From: a virus
Reading direction: 5' to 3' (one strand)
DNA: 64,000 nt
IMG/VR virus record: IMGVR_UViG_3300033144_003744
Span: 1 to 64,000 of that record
Each line of letters starts with the position of its first letter. The first letter of the stretch is position 1. The notes below the pieces were generated by a model that made no database searches, was not told the origin of the DNA, and was given only the letters and a program-made list of their open reading frames with translations. Positions 1 through 10,600 of this stretch are shown in pieces. Both the position numbers and the translations under genes were made by a program.

Positions 1-75
1 ATTTTATTGTGTTATTGGATTCATTTTATTAACGTTTTCTATGTTAGCTTATTATTTTAAAAGGAACAAATGGAT

Positions 76-600
76 TTAACCAATTAAATCCAAATGCATT
101 TGTTCAACTTCCAGAAGGGCTGCAAATACCATTTTTACTCTTGGTTCTGTGGCTTCTTCTAAATATTTTTTATAATTTACTATTGCATCAGCTTCGGCTA
201 TCATTGCAGTTCTTTTGTTTTCTTCATCTGTATTATTAAGTTTCATATATTTTACAGATTTTACTAATGATACATTTACATCATCTTTTATTTCTGAAGA
301 TAATGTAAAATGATGCCAGCTCTCATGTATTTTTAACATATAAAATATCTTGCTTAATTTACTAGACTGGTTCACTAATTTTGCACCTTCATAGAAATTA
401 CTTGCATGAGCTTCCTTTGTAAGAACAATTGATAAATTATCTCTGGAAATTTCAGTTAATTTATACTCTTCTATATCTATAACATCTTCTACTGGTTTAA
501 CATGTTCTTCAAAAGATCCACAGAAAGGACAGTTTGAAGGTCTTTCTCTTAGTATGTAGACTTGTCTGCATATTTCACATTTAAATATTATTTTTGTCAT
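76..600 (-). CDS. Rubrerythrin-like protein (rubredoxin-type CxxC...CPxC plus ferritin-like domain)
   Basis: FKCEIC..CPFC N-terminus followed by E..A..FY, ExxH (HESWH) and EQMH motifs; probable start MTKIIF at 600 (ORF track extends to 711). Confidence 0.7.
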   Translation of the reverse strand: MTKIIFKCEICRQVYILRERPSNCPFCGSFEEHVKPVEDVIDIEEYKLTEISRDNLSIVLTKEAHASNFYEGAKLVNQSSKLSKIFYMLKIHESWHHFTLSSEIKDDVNVSLVKSVKYMKLNNTDEENKRTAMIAEADAIVNYKKYLEEATEPRVKMVFAALLEVEQMHLDLIG

Positions 601-1030
601 TTTACTTACCTTTATAATTATCTGGAAAATTGTTTCATTTTTTACTGCATTATTATTATAGATTTTCTTATACTCATCAAATAAATGATCATATCCATAT
701 TTATCAAACATTTCTTCGTGATGAGAAATTGTTTGTTGTATGGCATCATCTATTGTTTCCTGTGGAATATCTACTGTATAACCAGTTTTATAACCTCTAT
801 ATGTGAATGGTATATATATATTTCCTTTTTTACCTCAATTATTTATCTTTTAAGTTATATATTAGATTAATATAAAGCTACTCAATACGTTTTATTTTAA
901 ATTAGTTACATTACTACCATCAATAAATTCAGTAATAATACTTTCTAACTTAGCATATAAGTTTTCTTCTACTTCTACACCCAAATTCATTATGTGACTT
1001 CTTTCTCTTTCTGAATTGGATATTTTTATT

Positions 1031-1576
1031 TCAAACATTTTTATTACCCATTGTGTTTATTATTACTTCTATTATATCATTCATAAATTCTGGAGATGCA
1101 TCAAATGTATAATATGGCAACATATTAGATTCTAATAAATCAATTATATTGTTATCTAAACTTAATGATTCCTTTAGATTTTGTAATCTTCCTGCTGGTT
1201 CAAAAGCTTTAGTTCTATTTAAAACTATATTAAGATTATTCATGTCATCATATGTGTCAATAACTAAATTTTCAAATGATACGTGTGGAAGCTTTGATTC
1301 ATCAGCATATATTAATGTCAAAATAATTGGAGAATCAGTTAATATAATATCTACATTATCTTGTAATATATGTAATCTATGATATTGTTCTCCAAATATA
1401 TGTATTTGATCATCTAATACATCTATAGATCCTTCCCAAACTTTATCCTTTGCATATTCTCTAGCCATCTCACAATTATATCCAGCCCATTTTAGAAGAG
1501 CATAAGCATGGGCAGTCACTGTGGACTTACCCGTACCTGGACCTCCGTAAAAGTTTACTACTAATGTTTCAGTCAT
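1031..1576 (-). CDS. P-loop kinase/ATPase (AAA_28/NadR-like, possible nucleotide kinase)
   Basis: Walker A GGPGTGKS; EYAKD and TDSP motifs; GRLQ. Confidence 0.7.
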   Translation of the reverse strand: MTETLVVNFYGGPGTGKSTVTAHAYALLKWAGYNCEMAREYAKDKVWEGSIDVLDDQIHIFGEQYHRLHILQDNVDIILTDSPIILTLIYADESKLPHVSFENLVIDTYDDMNNLNIVLNRTKAFEPAGRLQNLKESLSLDNNIIDLLESNMLPYYTFDASPEFMNDIIEVIINTMGNKNV

Positions 1577-1743
1577 GATTTAAACTCTTATCTAATATAT
1601 CTACAGCAGCATCCATTCCGTCATAATAACCGTCTACACAACCATATTTATATACTGCTTCAAGTATTTCTAATATATTATTTCTATCTTGTAATGCCTG
1701 ATGATAAATTTCTTTATCATCATCCCAGTTTCCATTTGGTATT

Positions 1744-2100
1744 TTATTCATTGTTACATTCCTCACATTCCCAATATTCATTTTGTTCATTTAAAGTTTT
1801 AGGATCAGAACTATCTTCCTTTGTACCAAAGGCATAATAATATCCACCATTAATTATTTCTAATCCATTATCAATGGGTTCTCCTAATATTATATCAAGT
1901 TCTTTACCACAAATAACACAGAATCTTTTCATTAATTTTTCAATAGTTATTTTTACTTTATTACCTTCACCAATTTTTTCTAAAATAGATTCATAGTAGA
2001 CATCATTATCTGAATCTACATATAAAGTTTCTTCGGCACAACAATATCCACCATTACCTATTTCTCCACTAACTATTTTACCAATAAATTCATAATTCAT
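1744..2100 (-). CDS. Hypothetical Zn-finger protein
   Basis: CVICG and CEEC pairs; coupled to neighbouring ORFs. Confidence 0.45.
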   Translation of the reverse strand: MNYEFIGKIVSGEIGNGGYCCAEETLYVDSDNDVYYESILEKIGEGNKVKITIEKLMKRFCVICGKELDIILGEPIDNGLEIINGGYYYAFGTKEDSSDPKTLNEQNEYWECEECNNE

Positions 2101-2112
2101 TAATATCTTTTC

Positions 2113-3843
2113 CTAAGTTCTAAAAAATACCTTATCATCAAATTCCTGCTTCTTTCCTTTATTCCACTTCTTAGTTGGTCTGATATAGCCAACAACTCTA
2201 GAATATACCTCTGCTTCATCACAACATCCCTTACCAGCAGTTCTACCATGAGTATTACAAATACTATAAGAAGGACTCCAAGTAACATATGGTAATTGTG
2301 TATTTTCACATGTCTTTTTTATTAGTTCCTTTATACTATTAGTATTACCTAATTCACCAATATCAATATGAAAAACAGTTCCACCAGTAAAATTCTGCTG
2401 TAATAGATTTTGATGTTCTAATGCAGTAACTAAATCAATATCATAGTTCATTGGTATTAATGTAGAACCAGTATAATATACTTCATCCCCTTTACCTTGT
2501 GTAAAAATATCTGGATGTTTCTCTGAATCTATTTTTGCAAAACTATATGATGCTCCTTCTGCTGGTGTTGCTTCATAGTTAAATAAATGTCCAGTTTCAA
2601 CTTGGAATTGATATACTTTATTTTTAATATATTTAGAAACTTCATTACACCATTTTACATTTTCTATAATATCTTGTTCACAAAAATTCATTGAACATTC
2701 ATTCATTCCATTAATTCCCATTGTAAGGAAATAATTCTGGAATAATTTTTGACCAATGTATTCTGATATCATCGGGAAAAGACCATAATCCATACCTTGT
2801 TTAATGTATTCCTTTTTCTGTAAAAGATATTTCTTACCATCATTAAGCATTTGATCAAGTATTCTATAAAATTTTTTTTCATTACCATTACTAATATAAC
2901 CAATTCTTGGTAAATTTATAGTAAAAACGGCAAGACTTCCAGTATTTGATCCTATATTCCAAATGCCACCAGTTACTTTTTGGATTTCAGAAGTATCTAA
3001 TTTAAGTCTACAACACATACTAAGAGAATCATCCTCAGAAAGATCTGTTCCTATGTAATTTGAAAAATATGGACTACCCCATTTGGCTGCTAGGTCGAAA
3101 ATTTTAGTTTCAACTTCGCCGTTCCAATTAAAATCCTTTGTTATATTATAAGTTGGTAATGGAAACGTAAACATTTTTCCATTTCCAGGACCTTCTATCA
3201 TGATATCTAGAAATGCTTTATTAAACAAATCTATTTCATCTTGATAATCAGAATATGTTGTATTTACTAATGATTCTCCACCAATCATTGGAGTTAAATT
3301 TTCATAATATTTTGATGGCCTTAACCCAAACGTTAAATTAGAAAATACAGACTGAAATCCTGGACGTAACGAGAAACTTAAATTCCATATGAATTGCTGT
3401 AATTCTTGTTTTACTTCATCATACGTTAATTTATCTTGGTGAATATATGGGGCTAATAGTATATCTGGGTTAATCCATGCTTGTGCCCCTTGAAATTCTC
3501 CTGTCATTAAAAATGTAAAATTAGTCATCTGATCAATTGCAGTAGTAAAATGTTTTGGTGGTTTTGCCGCTACACTACCAACATTTATTAACCCCTTATG
3601 TAGTAATCTTAATAAATCATTTCCACTACAATATGGAGCATAAATACCACCACTTAAATCATGTAGGTAATATGATCCATCAATATGTTTTTTTCCTATT
3701 GTTCCTAATCTTTTTAATGCATCTTTCGCCATTACGGTTCCTGAAATATGTGATTGTAAACCAGATAAACTTTTTCCTGTATTAGCATTGGATTTTATGC
3801 GCCATGTTGATTCTTCTGTATATTCATTTATTATATTTGTCAT
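2113..3843 (-). CDS. nrdD: Anaerobic (class III) ribonucleoside-triphosphate reductase, no ATP-cone
   Basis: YLHDL, APYC, FTFPLPT, SMCCRL, EATPAEG, TGGTVFH, and C-terminal glycyl-radical motif YSRVVGYIRP. Confidence 0.95.
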   Translation of the reverse strand: MTNIINEYTEESTWRIKSNANTGKSLSGLQSHISGTVMAKDALKRLGTIGKKHIDGSYYLHDLSGGIYAPYCSGNDLLRLLHKGLINVGSVAAKPPKHFTTAIDQMTNFTFLMTGEFQGAQAWINPDILLAPYIHQDKLTYDEVKQELQQFIWNLSFSLRPGFQSVFSNLTFGLRPSKYYENLTPMIGGESLVNTTYSDYQDEIDLFNKAFLDIMIEGPGNGKMFTFPLPTYNITKDFNWNGEVETKIFDLAAKWGSPYFSNYIGTDLSEDDSLSMCCRLKLDTSEIQKVTGGIWNIGSNTGSLAVFTINLPRIGYISNGNEKKFYRILDQMLNDGKKYLLQKKEYIKQGMDYGLFPMISEYIGQKLFQNYFLTMGINGMNECSMNFCEQDIIENVKWCNEVSKYIKNKVYQFQVETGHLFNYEATPAEGASYSFAKIDSEKHPDIFTQGKGDEVYYTGSTLIPMNYDIDLVTALEHQNLLQQNFTGGTVFHIDIGELGNTNSIKELIKKTCENTQLPYVTWSPSYSICNTHGRTAGKGCCDEAEVYSRVVGYIRPTKKWNKGKKQEFDDKVFFRT

Positions 3844-4382
3844 TTAAATTCTCCATAATTCCATATATTTAGTTCACTTTCTATATTATATATTTTAATA
3901 TTAATACCTTTATAACATAATAATCTATTAAATAATTGTTCCCAATAATCACGATTAAAATTAACTTTAGAATTACAAGATCTGCATAAAGTTATAAGAT
4001 CTGGATCACAATTCTTTTTATCATAATGAATATGATGTACAGTTAATTTTTCACTGTTTAAATCTTGTTCCTTTTTACATAATTGACATTTATAATCATC
4101 TCTTTTTCTAATTTCGTCCTTTAATTTATTATTAAATTTAGAACAATATTTAATAAATGATATGCCACCCTGCCAATTGGGATGATTTTCTCCCGTCATT
4201 CTTTTTGAATTTTGTATTTTCCATTCATCAGTATGACTCTGTAAACCAACCTTGCCTTTATTCCATGGAATTCTTCCTTTACCACTTTTAGATATTACTT
4301 CTAATTGTTCTTTAGAATAAACATTAGTTTTACCCTTATTCCAAGGTATGTGACCCCTTTTAAATCTTCCATGTGGTTTCAT
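3840..4382 (-). CDS. HNH homing endonuclease with NUMOD3-like PWNKG repeats
   Basis: PWNKG x2, WQGGISF, RDDYKCQLC, VHHIHYDKKN, LCRSCN. Confidence 0.85.
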   Translation of the reverse strand: MKPHGRFKRGHIPWNKGKTNVYSKEQLEVISKSGKGRIPWNKGKVGLQSHTDEWKIQNSKRMTGENHPNWQGGISFIKYCSKFNNKLKDEIRKRDDYKCQLCKKEQDLNSEKLTVHHIHYDKKNCDPDLITLCRSCNSKVNFNRDYWEQLFNRLLCYKGINIKIYNIESELNIWNYGEFK

Positions 4383-4405
4383 TATTCTTCTCTAACTTTC
4401 ATATA

Positions 4406-4681
4406 TTACCAACCACCCACATGTTTAGTCATTTCTTTAGCTGGATCCCTTGGTACACGCCCAATACCTTCTGCCCCATCATAGGTAACACAAAAATAAA
4501 CCCAATCTCTTGACCATGCAAAAAATGGCCGTCCTTCTGGTGAACCAAATCCAGTATCAAATTCCTTAGATAAAACTCTCAATGCAGATTTTACTTTATT
4601 ACCAAGATACATTTTACCTTCTATGTTTATTGCTTCAAATTTATCATTATATTTTTCTAATTTATCTTTCCAATTTGTCAT
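4406..4681 (-). CDS. Conserved viral hypothetical protein
   Basis: EFDTGFGSPEGRPFFAWS..VYF..YDG...VPRDP resembles a recurrent phage hypothetical family. Confidence 0.5.
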   Translation of the reverse strand: MTNWKDKLEKYNDKFEAINIEGKMYLGNKVKSALRVLSKEFDTGFGSPEGRPFFAWSRDWVYFCVTYDGAEGIGRVPRDPAKEMTKHVGGW

Positions 4682-5095
4682 TTTACACCCCATCTTTCAA
4701 AATTATCTCTAATCATTTGTTCTATTATCTCTAAATCTGTAATTTCATATATACATGGTACATTAGCTACTATACAATCTTTAGTGTCAAATGCTTGTTT
4801 CCATGTGATTATATATTTGTTATTTTTATAATCTATGCTTAAATCCTTTCTTGTATCAAACCATACATCATTTAATGGTTTAAAAAGTTTAATTAAACAT
4901 TTTATTTTTTCTGATGTCATAGTATACCACCAAATCCAAGTCCCATAAAAAATGTTAAAATATAATAAGTATAAAATTTCATAAAACTCATAGATACTTC
5001 CCTATCATTGAATATAATATCATTTTTAAAAATATTATGAAATATAAATAACCCTATTAATGAAATTAGAAAAATAATAACTGAAATATTTATCA

Positions 5096-5806
5096 TTATA
5101 CTAACCTCGCAATTTCCCAATCATTTTCGTTAATATGAGCCGAATTTACAAAATCTACTAATTTAACAATTTCGTAATCGTCTTTAAGAATTTTATTATA
5201 AACCATAAATACAAAACCTACTAAATTAGACATCCAGGCTGTATACATATCTCTACTTCTCCACATAAGATGAAGTTCAACCATTCCTCTTTTCTTGATT
5301 CCAAATTCATAGTCTGGTTTTTCTAAAACTCTTAACCAGATTCTTTGGGCACAAGGAGGTTCAATAGATTTATTATCAATTCTTGGTGTCCAAATTATTG
5401 CTTGTGCCCTTCTGTTACCTTTTCGTAATTCATTTCTCATATATTCTAACTGATTAAATGTATCTGTTAGAATCATATCAGAATAATCTGGAATAGTCTG
5501 ATAATTTATTAATCTGTCGTAGTATGTATATACAAATTCAGATTCTTTAACATTAAATTCATCTGTGAATTGAATTATATATTCAGAAAGATGTTTTTTA
5601 CCAGTGGGAAAATTTTTATGTAATTCTCTATTTTTAATTTGTTGTATGGCTTTACCAGTAAGAGTTATTTTTGAAGACATATCTTTGGATAACATACCTG
5701 TATCAGTACTGCCCACATAACCATTTTCCATACAAAATTTAACAGCTTGTTCCCAAGCCAATATAAAGTCATTAGATTTCAAAGTAAAGTCTGGTGGATA
5801 TAACAT
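5096..5806 (-). CDS. thyA: Thymidylate synthase (archaeal-type ThyA family)
   Basis: YTYYDRL, RRAQAIIW, catalytic PPC, RSRD..AW.SN (Asn implies dUMP specificity), SAHI. Confidence 0.85.
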   Translation of the reverse strand: MLYPPDFTLKSNDFILAWEQAVKFCMENGYVGSTDTGMLSKDMSSKITLTGKAIQQIKNRELHKNFPTGKKHLSEYIIQFTDEFNVKESEFVYTYYDRLINYQTIPDYSDMILTDTFNQLEYMRNELRKGNRRAQAIIWTPRIDNKSIEPPCAQRIWLRVLEKPDYEFGIKKRGMVELHLMWRSRDMYTAWMSNLVGFVFMVYNKILKDDYEIVKLVDFVNSAHINENDWEIARLV

Positions 5807-6084
5807 TAATCTATCAACTCCTCAAATTCCAACCAATCGTTATTAATCATTAATAAAGCTACATATCCAAAAACATCAGATACATCATTCTTTCTTAATT
5901 CATTAGAATTTTGTATACGACTTAATTTATCATCAAGACGATTACATATTTGACTATCCGAATCTTGTTTACTAAATACATTGATTGGATATAGAGCAGA
6001 ATCACCATATCTTTTATTCTTTTCTATTAGAAATTCAGAGAAATTTTCAAAAAGTATTTTTATTTTAGTTTGTGTAGTTATCAT
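5806..6084 (-). CDS. Nucleotide-modification-associated domain protein (DUF1599-like, MazG-like helical fold)
   Basis: KNKRYGDS...RLDDKLSRI...D..GY signature; adjacent to thyA. Confidence 0.65.
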   Translation of the reverse strand: MITTQTKIKILFENFSEFLIEKNKRYGDSALYPINVFSKQDSDSQICNRLDDKLSRIQNSNELRKNDVSDVFGYVALLMINNDWLEFEELID

Positions 6085-6638
6085 AAATAATCAACCTGTA
6101 ATATTAATTCTTCTGATTCTAATTTTCTATATGATATAAATGGTTCATGTGTATTTGACCATAACTCAGCAAATTTTAGTAACATTTTAAATTCTACTGT
6201 AGTTTCAAAATTATCTTTATTTATAAATTTTGATAAATTCATTTCATTATTTAATAAATCATCAAAATTTACATTTTCATTCCATACCCAAAATTTATCT
6301 AAATCATAAATAAATGGAAAATTACCCTCATAATATGAAAATTTTAAATTGTGAAATAATCCATGTAATATACATTGTTCTAATGTGTATTTTTTATTTG
6401 CTATGAAATAATTTAAATCAACTAATATCTTTGTTACGTTCAAACTGTGCTCTAATAGTCCACCTTTATAATTACAATTAGCATGAGTTGTGGCCGGCAA
6501 ATCAAAAAATCCAGTATCATTAACTAAAAAATTAATGAACCCATCGGGATCATCAAATAATTTAGAAACTTGAGAGAAATAATCATAGAATTGATTTTCA
6601 AGTCTATCATGTCTCTCTATACTCATTGATGGTATCAT
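6081..6638 (-). CDS. HD-domain protein, degenerate (HD changed to HN)
   Basis: PA..H....GGLLEHSLNV and LFHNL where HD is expected. Confidence 0.6.
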   Translation of the reverse strand: MIPSMSIERHDRLENQFYDYFSQVSKLFDDPDGFINFLVNDTGFFDLPATTHANCNYKGGLLEHSLNVTKILVDLNYFIANKKYTLEQCILHGLFHNLKFSYYEGNFPFIYDLDKFWVWNENVNFDDLLNNEMNLSKFINKDNFETTVEFKMLLKFAELWSNTHEPFISYRKLESEELILQVDYL

Positions 6639-6640
6639 TT

Positions 6641-6979
6641 TTATCCTAACATAGGATCATGGTGTGGCTCCTCATCCAATGGTTCAAACATGCTATTATA
6701 TAGATAATCAAAGAACTCTGTACCCTGCTTATTATGTGTAAGTTCTATCATCATAGACAAGGGTTTGCCACGCAACGTGTCTCTATTTTCGTCCAACATC
6801 AATACAATTGGAACCACTTCAGTTTCACTTGTCTTAATCTCATTACACATCCATCGATCTGCATCTATGGATTCCATATTACCATCATTATCCATAAATT
6901 TAACAGTAAACTTCTTCTGTTCTTTCGTCTCGCCACAAGTACACAATTTCTGTATTCCATCTAATTCTATATCGCTCAT
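6641..6979 (-). CDS. Hypothetical acidic protein
   Basis: ORF with own TATA (AAAGCATTTATATA at ~7017-7030) and GGAG SD. Confidence 0.45.
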   Translation of the reverse strand: MSDIELDGIQKLCTCGETKEQKKFTVKFMDNDGNMESIDADRWMCNEIKTSETEVVPIVLMLDENRDTLRGKPLSMMIELTHNKQGTEFFDYLYNSMFEPLDEEPHHDPMLG

Positions 6980-7031
6980 TTTTTATATCTCCATTAACTC
7001 TTATTACGCTCTCTTAATATATAAATGCTTT

Positions 7032-7664
7032 CTATTTCTGTCGCATTGCTACAAATTTATTAGCTCTCTGTTTACCATAGCCGTCTATCTTTATTAGTTC
7101 CTTTGTATCCATATTGAATATTTCTTGTAATGTATTGGTCTTTAATAATTTTTTTGCTATCTTTGGATCAAAACATCGAGTAGCACATAATGTATTTATA
7201 TCATTTCTTTTATCTCTTTTTTTGAGAGATAATACTTCTTTTTTCTCCTGGAATGATTTAAAATATAATCCAGAAAGAAAGTTTGCAAAGGATATCTCGC
7301 TATCTAACCAGATAAAGCTCACATTTGAATAATTAGATATTACTTCACCAACTTTCGTAAAGAAAATCGGCATAGTTATTCCAGCTGTATACTGCCAGTT
7401 TATATCATCTATACTCCCATGTAATACTAACATCGCTCTGGGAAAACCCTCTGATAGATTATATATTATGTCTTCCATCTGGTCTTGTAAATGTCCACTT
7501 ATATCACTAGACAAAAAATCTTTAATTTCCTTACGTTCTATTATGTTGGTATTCCAAAGATAATCACCCACAGGTAAGTTTACTAATTCTATTGGAATAT
7601 TTCTTGAATATAATATTTCTAATATAGTTGTGTCTCTCTCACGGTAATCTATTAGCATTGACAT
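7032..7664 (-). CDS. ERCC4/XPF (Hef-like) structure-specific nuclease with HhH
   Basis: DYRE, GDY, IERKEIKDFLSS, C-terminal LIKIDGYGKQRA helix-hairpin-helix. Confidence 0.9.
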   Translation of the reverse strand: MSMLIDYRERDTTILEILYSRNIPIELVNLPVGDYLWNTNIIERKEIKDFLSSDISGHLQDQMEDIIYNLSEGFPRAMLVLHGSIDDINWQYTAGITMPIFFTKVGEVISNYSNVSFIWLDSEISFANFLSGLYFKSFQEKKEVLSLKKRDKRNDINTLCATRCFDPKIAKKLLKTNTLQEIFNMDTKELIKIDGYGKQRANKFVAMRQK

Positions 7665-7895
7665 TTTTATACCACATTAAGTTGAACCAGAAAAACCATC
7701 TACTTCTAAACTACATTCATATTCTACCCAATAATGTACATTAGTGAATCCAGTTTTATGAGCATTTTCTTTAACCCATTTAAATGCATCTTCGGGTGTT
7801 TTAAAACCACCACATTCACTATTATGACTATCATCAGGATAATATGAGTCTTCAACAATTCCTTTATATGTAATATCATTTTTATTGCACATTTT

Positions 7896-8228
7896 TTATA
7901 CCTTCACATATTCTGCATCTTCGTTATTCCATTCTTTCATTGAAACTCCATGGGTCACTTTCCACTGTTCCAAGGCTATCTCCCAACCAAGGCATTGCTT
8001 ATCAATGTAAACCCCGTCAGAAAAGATTCTAATAGGGTATAGCTGGCATTCTATTGGCTTCCTGTATCCTAACTTACACTTGTTCTTATTATTCAAAAAC
8101 TGGCACTTACCCTTAGCTGATATTTGAGGCGAATCTTCTTTATAAGTTCTTGCAAAGAGATATTCACCCGGAATGCCATGACAACATTTTGAACATTCTT
8201 TGCATATTTCTTCTGGTATTTTAATCAT
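7896..8228 (-). CDS. YkgJ-like CxxCxxCC metal-binding protein
   Basis: CKECSKCC...CQFL....C...RKPIECQLYP. Confidence 0.75.
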   Translation of the reverse strand: MIKIPEEICKECSKCCHGIPGEYLFARTYKEDSPQISAKGKCQFLNNKNKCKLGYRKPIECQLYPIRIFSDGVYIDKQCLGWEIALEQWKVTHGVSMKEWNNEDAEYVKV

Positions 8229-8415
8229 TTTATATTCCCAATATAAATAAAATAATACCATTATATATCAATATTATTGTTATTGGTATTAAAGACCATA
8301 TATACTCTTTATCACTTATTGTTCTATATAAAAAATACATATTAAATAAATTTATTAAAATATAAGCCATAATAATTCCAAGTACTAATAATACAATTCC
8401 AATCATTTTATCACC

Positions 8416-8772
8416 TTACAATAATTTTAAATGGCCAAATATAACCTGATGTGATTGTTCATCAAGTGGTTCAACCGCCAATACAGTAAAACTATTTTTT
8501 GGTATTTGTGTTAATCCAAAATCTCTTACAACATAACACATTATATCTAGGTTATTTAGAATATTTATTATTTCAATCATTTCTTTTTCTGTAGATTTTA
8601 ACACAATTTTATGCATACCACTATCTATCCATACTTCACTACGTTCTTTCATATCTTCATGTAATGGACTATTAACATTACGCATATATAATGTTACACC
8701 GTGCCCTACCTGAGCAGCTATCTTTCCCTTTCTCATTTTAAGGTCTGTGTTTACTAAGAATGTTTGTATCAT
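8416..8772 (-). CDS. pth2: Peptidyl-tRNA hydrolase, archaeal/eukaryotic Pth2 type
   Basis: DLKMRKGKIAAQVGH, KIVLK, VRDFGLTQI, LKLL C-terminus. Confidence 0.92.
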   Translation of the reverse strand: MIQTFLVNTDLKMRKGKIAAQVGHGVTLYMRNVNSPLHEDMKERSEVWIDSGMHKIVLKSTEKEMIEIINILNNLDIMCYVVRDFGLTQIPKNSFTVLAVEPLDEQSHQVIFGHLKLL

Positions 8773-8778
8773 TTATTA

Positions 8779-8949
8779 TCATCTTTTTGGTTTAAATGCT
8801 TCATCAAGTTTTTTAGTAAATTCTATTATATCAAAATGCATATTAGTTGCGTTATTTCTATTTGCTTCATGTATAAACCAATATAAATAATTCATTTCTG
8901 TATATGTTAATCCGATAATATCGTATGTTTCATTCTTTTCTATTTTCAT
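8779..8949 (-). CDS. Small protein, paralog of 9443-9637
   Basis: Begins MKIEKNETYDI, identical to the N-terminal part of 9443-9637; below ORF-track cutoff. Confidence 0.55.
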   Translation of the reverse strand: MKIEKNETYDIIGLTYTEMNYLYWFIHEANRNNATNMHFDIIEFTKKLDEAFKPKR

Positions 8950-9633
8950 CTTATTACCTCACAAATTCCAATAATCCATTATTATCATTTGTTTCCCACC
9001 AATTATGTGGTATGCTATCACTTTGACAATATGATTCCCACCAACCATATAAATAATGATTTTTATAAGTATCTATATCATATATTTTTGTAGATAATGG
9101 TTTTATATATTTTTTAAATTCATTATTGTTTATTTTATAATCTTCCTTTATTTCTTGAAGTTCTTTATCATCTATGTGATAAATATGTTCCTCTTTATCA
9201 AATTTAAATCTTACTTTCATTTTAATTACCACATAAATTTCTCTTTATCATATCTAATCTGATTGAATTATATAATAGATTATTATAAAATGTACCAATA
9301 TATATAATATCCATATTACATATACCCATTATTTGTTCTTCTTTATATACATAAACATATTCATGTGGATTATGTTTTGTAACATTTATCCATAAATCGT
9401 ATTCATTTTTATTTCCAGCTATTACAATAGTTTTCATTTTAATTACCAAACTCGATTACCATATAATATAGAATCAATTTGATCTCTTATTTCAAATGGA
9501 TTTACAACAGTATGATTAAATTTTTTAGAGTCGATAGCATCTGATATTATAATATTTAACCATTCTAATTCATCTCTAGATATTCCTGAAATATCATATG
9601 TTTCGTTCTTTTCTATTTTCATTTTATGTAACC

Positions 9634-10599
9634 TCATATATTTTCATCATATAATTTGTTACTTTCTAATATTCTATTTTTATTTTTATATCTTTTTTCT
9701 AAAAATAATTTAAAATCTAATTTTTTAAATAAATTTGGTTGATTACACCAAGCTGCTATATCAATAAAAAAATTACTATATTTGCTATCCCAACAGGAAA
9801 TATCTCTCATTATATAAGGTAATATTTTTTCATTTCTTATTAGTTCTATTCTTTTTATAGTATCAGATAATGGCATATTAGGATTTATATATATGAAAAA
9901 TTTAAATTGATATGGTTTTCTCCAATTAAGTAAAGATAATTTTTTAAAAATAACTTCTTTAAATTTTATATTATCAAAAGCAAATATATACTCACCCATA
10001 TAATTTAACTTTGACAATAAAATAGAATTTTCTTCATCTATTAAACGAATATCTAATCCTTGATTAAATTGACATTTTATTTTTTTATCAATTAATTCTT
10101 GTAATATATCTTTATGATTAGGCAAAGCTAAAAAATTATTATCTAAAAATTTTACTTTCTTATGTCTAATTATATCATCAACAGAATTTACTTGTTTAAT
10201 ATATCCCTCTTTTTGGGGCACAATACAAAAATTACAATTACGTATACATCCCCTAGAAATAAAACCATATGAAGTATCATTATCGGGATATATTGAATAA
10301 TCACATTCACATGATTCAATTTCATCTGGTAATTTTTCAGTAAGAGATGCTCCTGGTCCACCAAAAATTGCATTTTCTGCATTTATGTATTGTCTTGAAC
10401 CAGAAAAAATTACACTACAATAAATTTTATCGTATTTCTCTGTATTTATATTATGAGTCATCTTTTTTCTGTTGGGATAATATGGTATTTTTAATTGTAT
10501 AAAATCAACATCATATCCTTTCTTTTTATAAAAATATGATAATTTCATTAATGCTATATTAGGTATAGTTGAATCTGCATCTATCAATAAAATTTTCAT
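9634..10599 (-). CDS. Radical SAM protein
   Basis: SRGCIRNCNFC (CxxxCxxC), FLDNNFLA, QGLDIRL; N-terminal LIDADS..PNIALMKLS. Confidence 0.85.
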   Translation of the reverse strand: MKILLIDADSTIPNIALMKLSYFYKKKGYDVDFIQLKIPYYPNRKKMTHNINTEKYDKIYCSVIFSGSRQYINAENAIFGGPGASLTEKLPDEIESCECDYSIYPDNDTSYGFISRGCIRNCNFCIVPQKEGYIKQVNSVDDIIRHKKVKFLDNNFLALPNHKDILQELIDKKIKCQFNQGLDIRLIDEENSILLSKLNYMGEYIFAFDNIKFKEVIFKKLSLLNWRKPYQFKFFIYINPNMPLSDTIKRIELIRNEKILPYIMRDISCWDSKYSNFFIDIAAWCNQPNLFKKLDFKLFLEKRYKNKNRILESNKLYDENI

Positions 10600-10600
10600 T

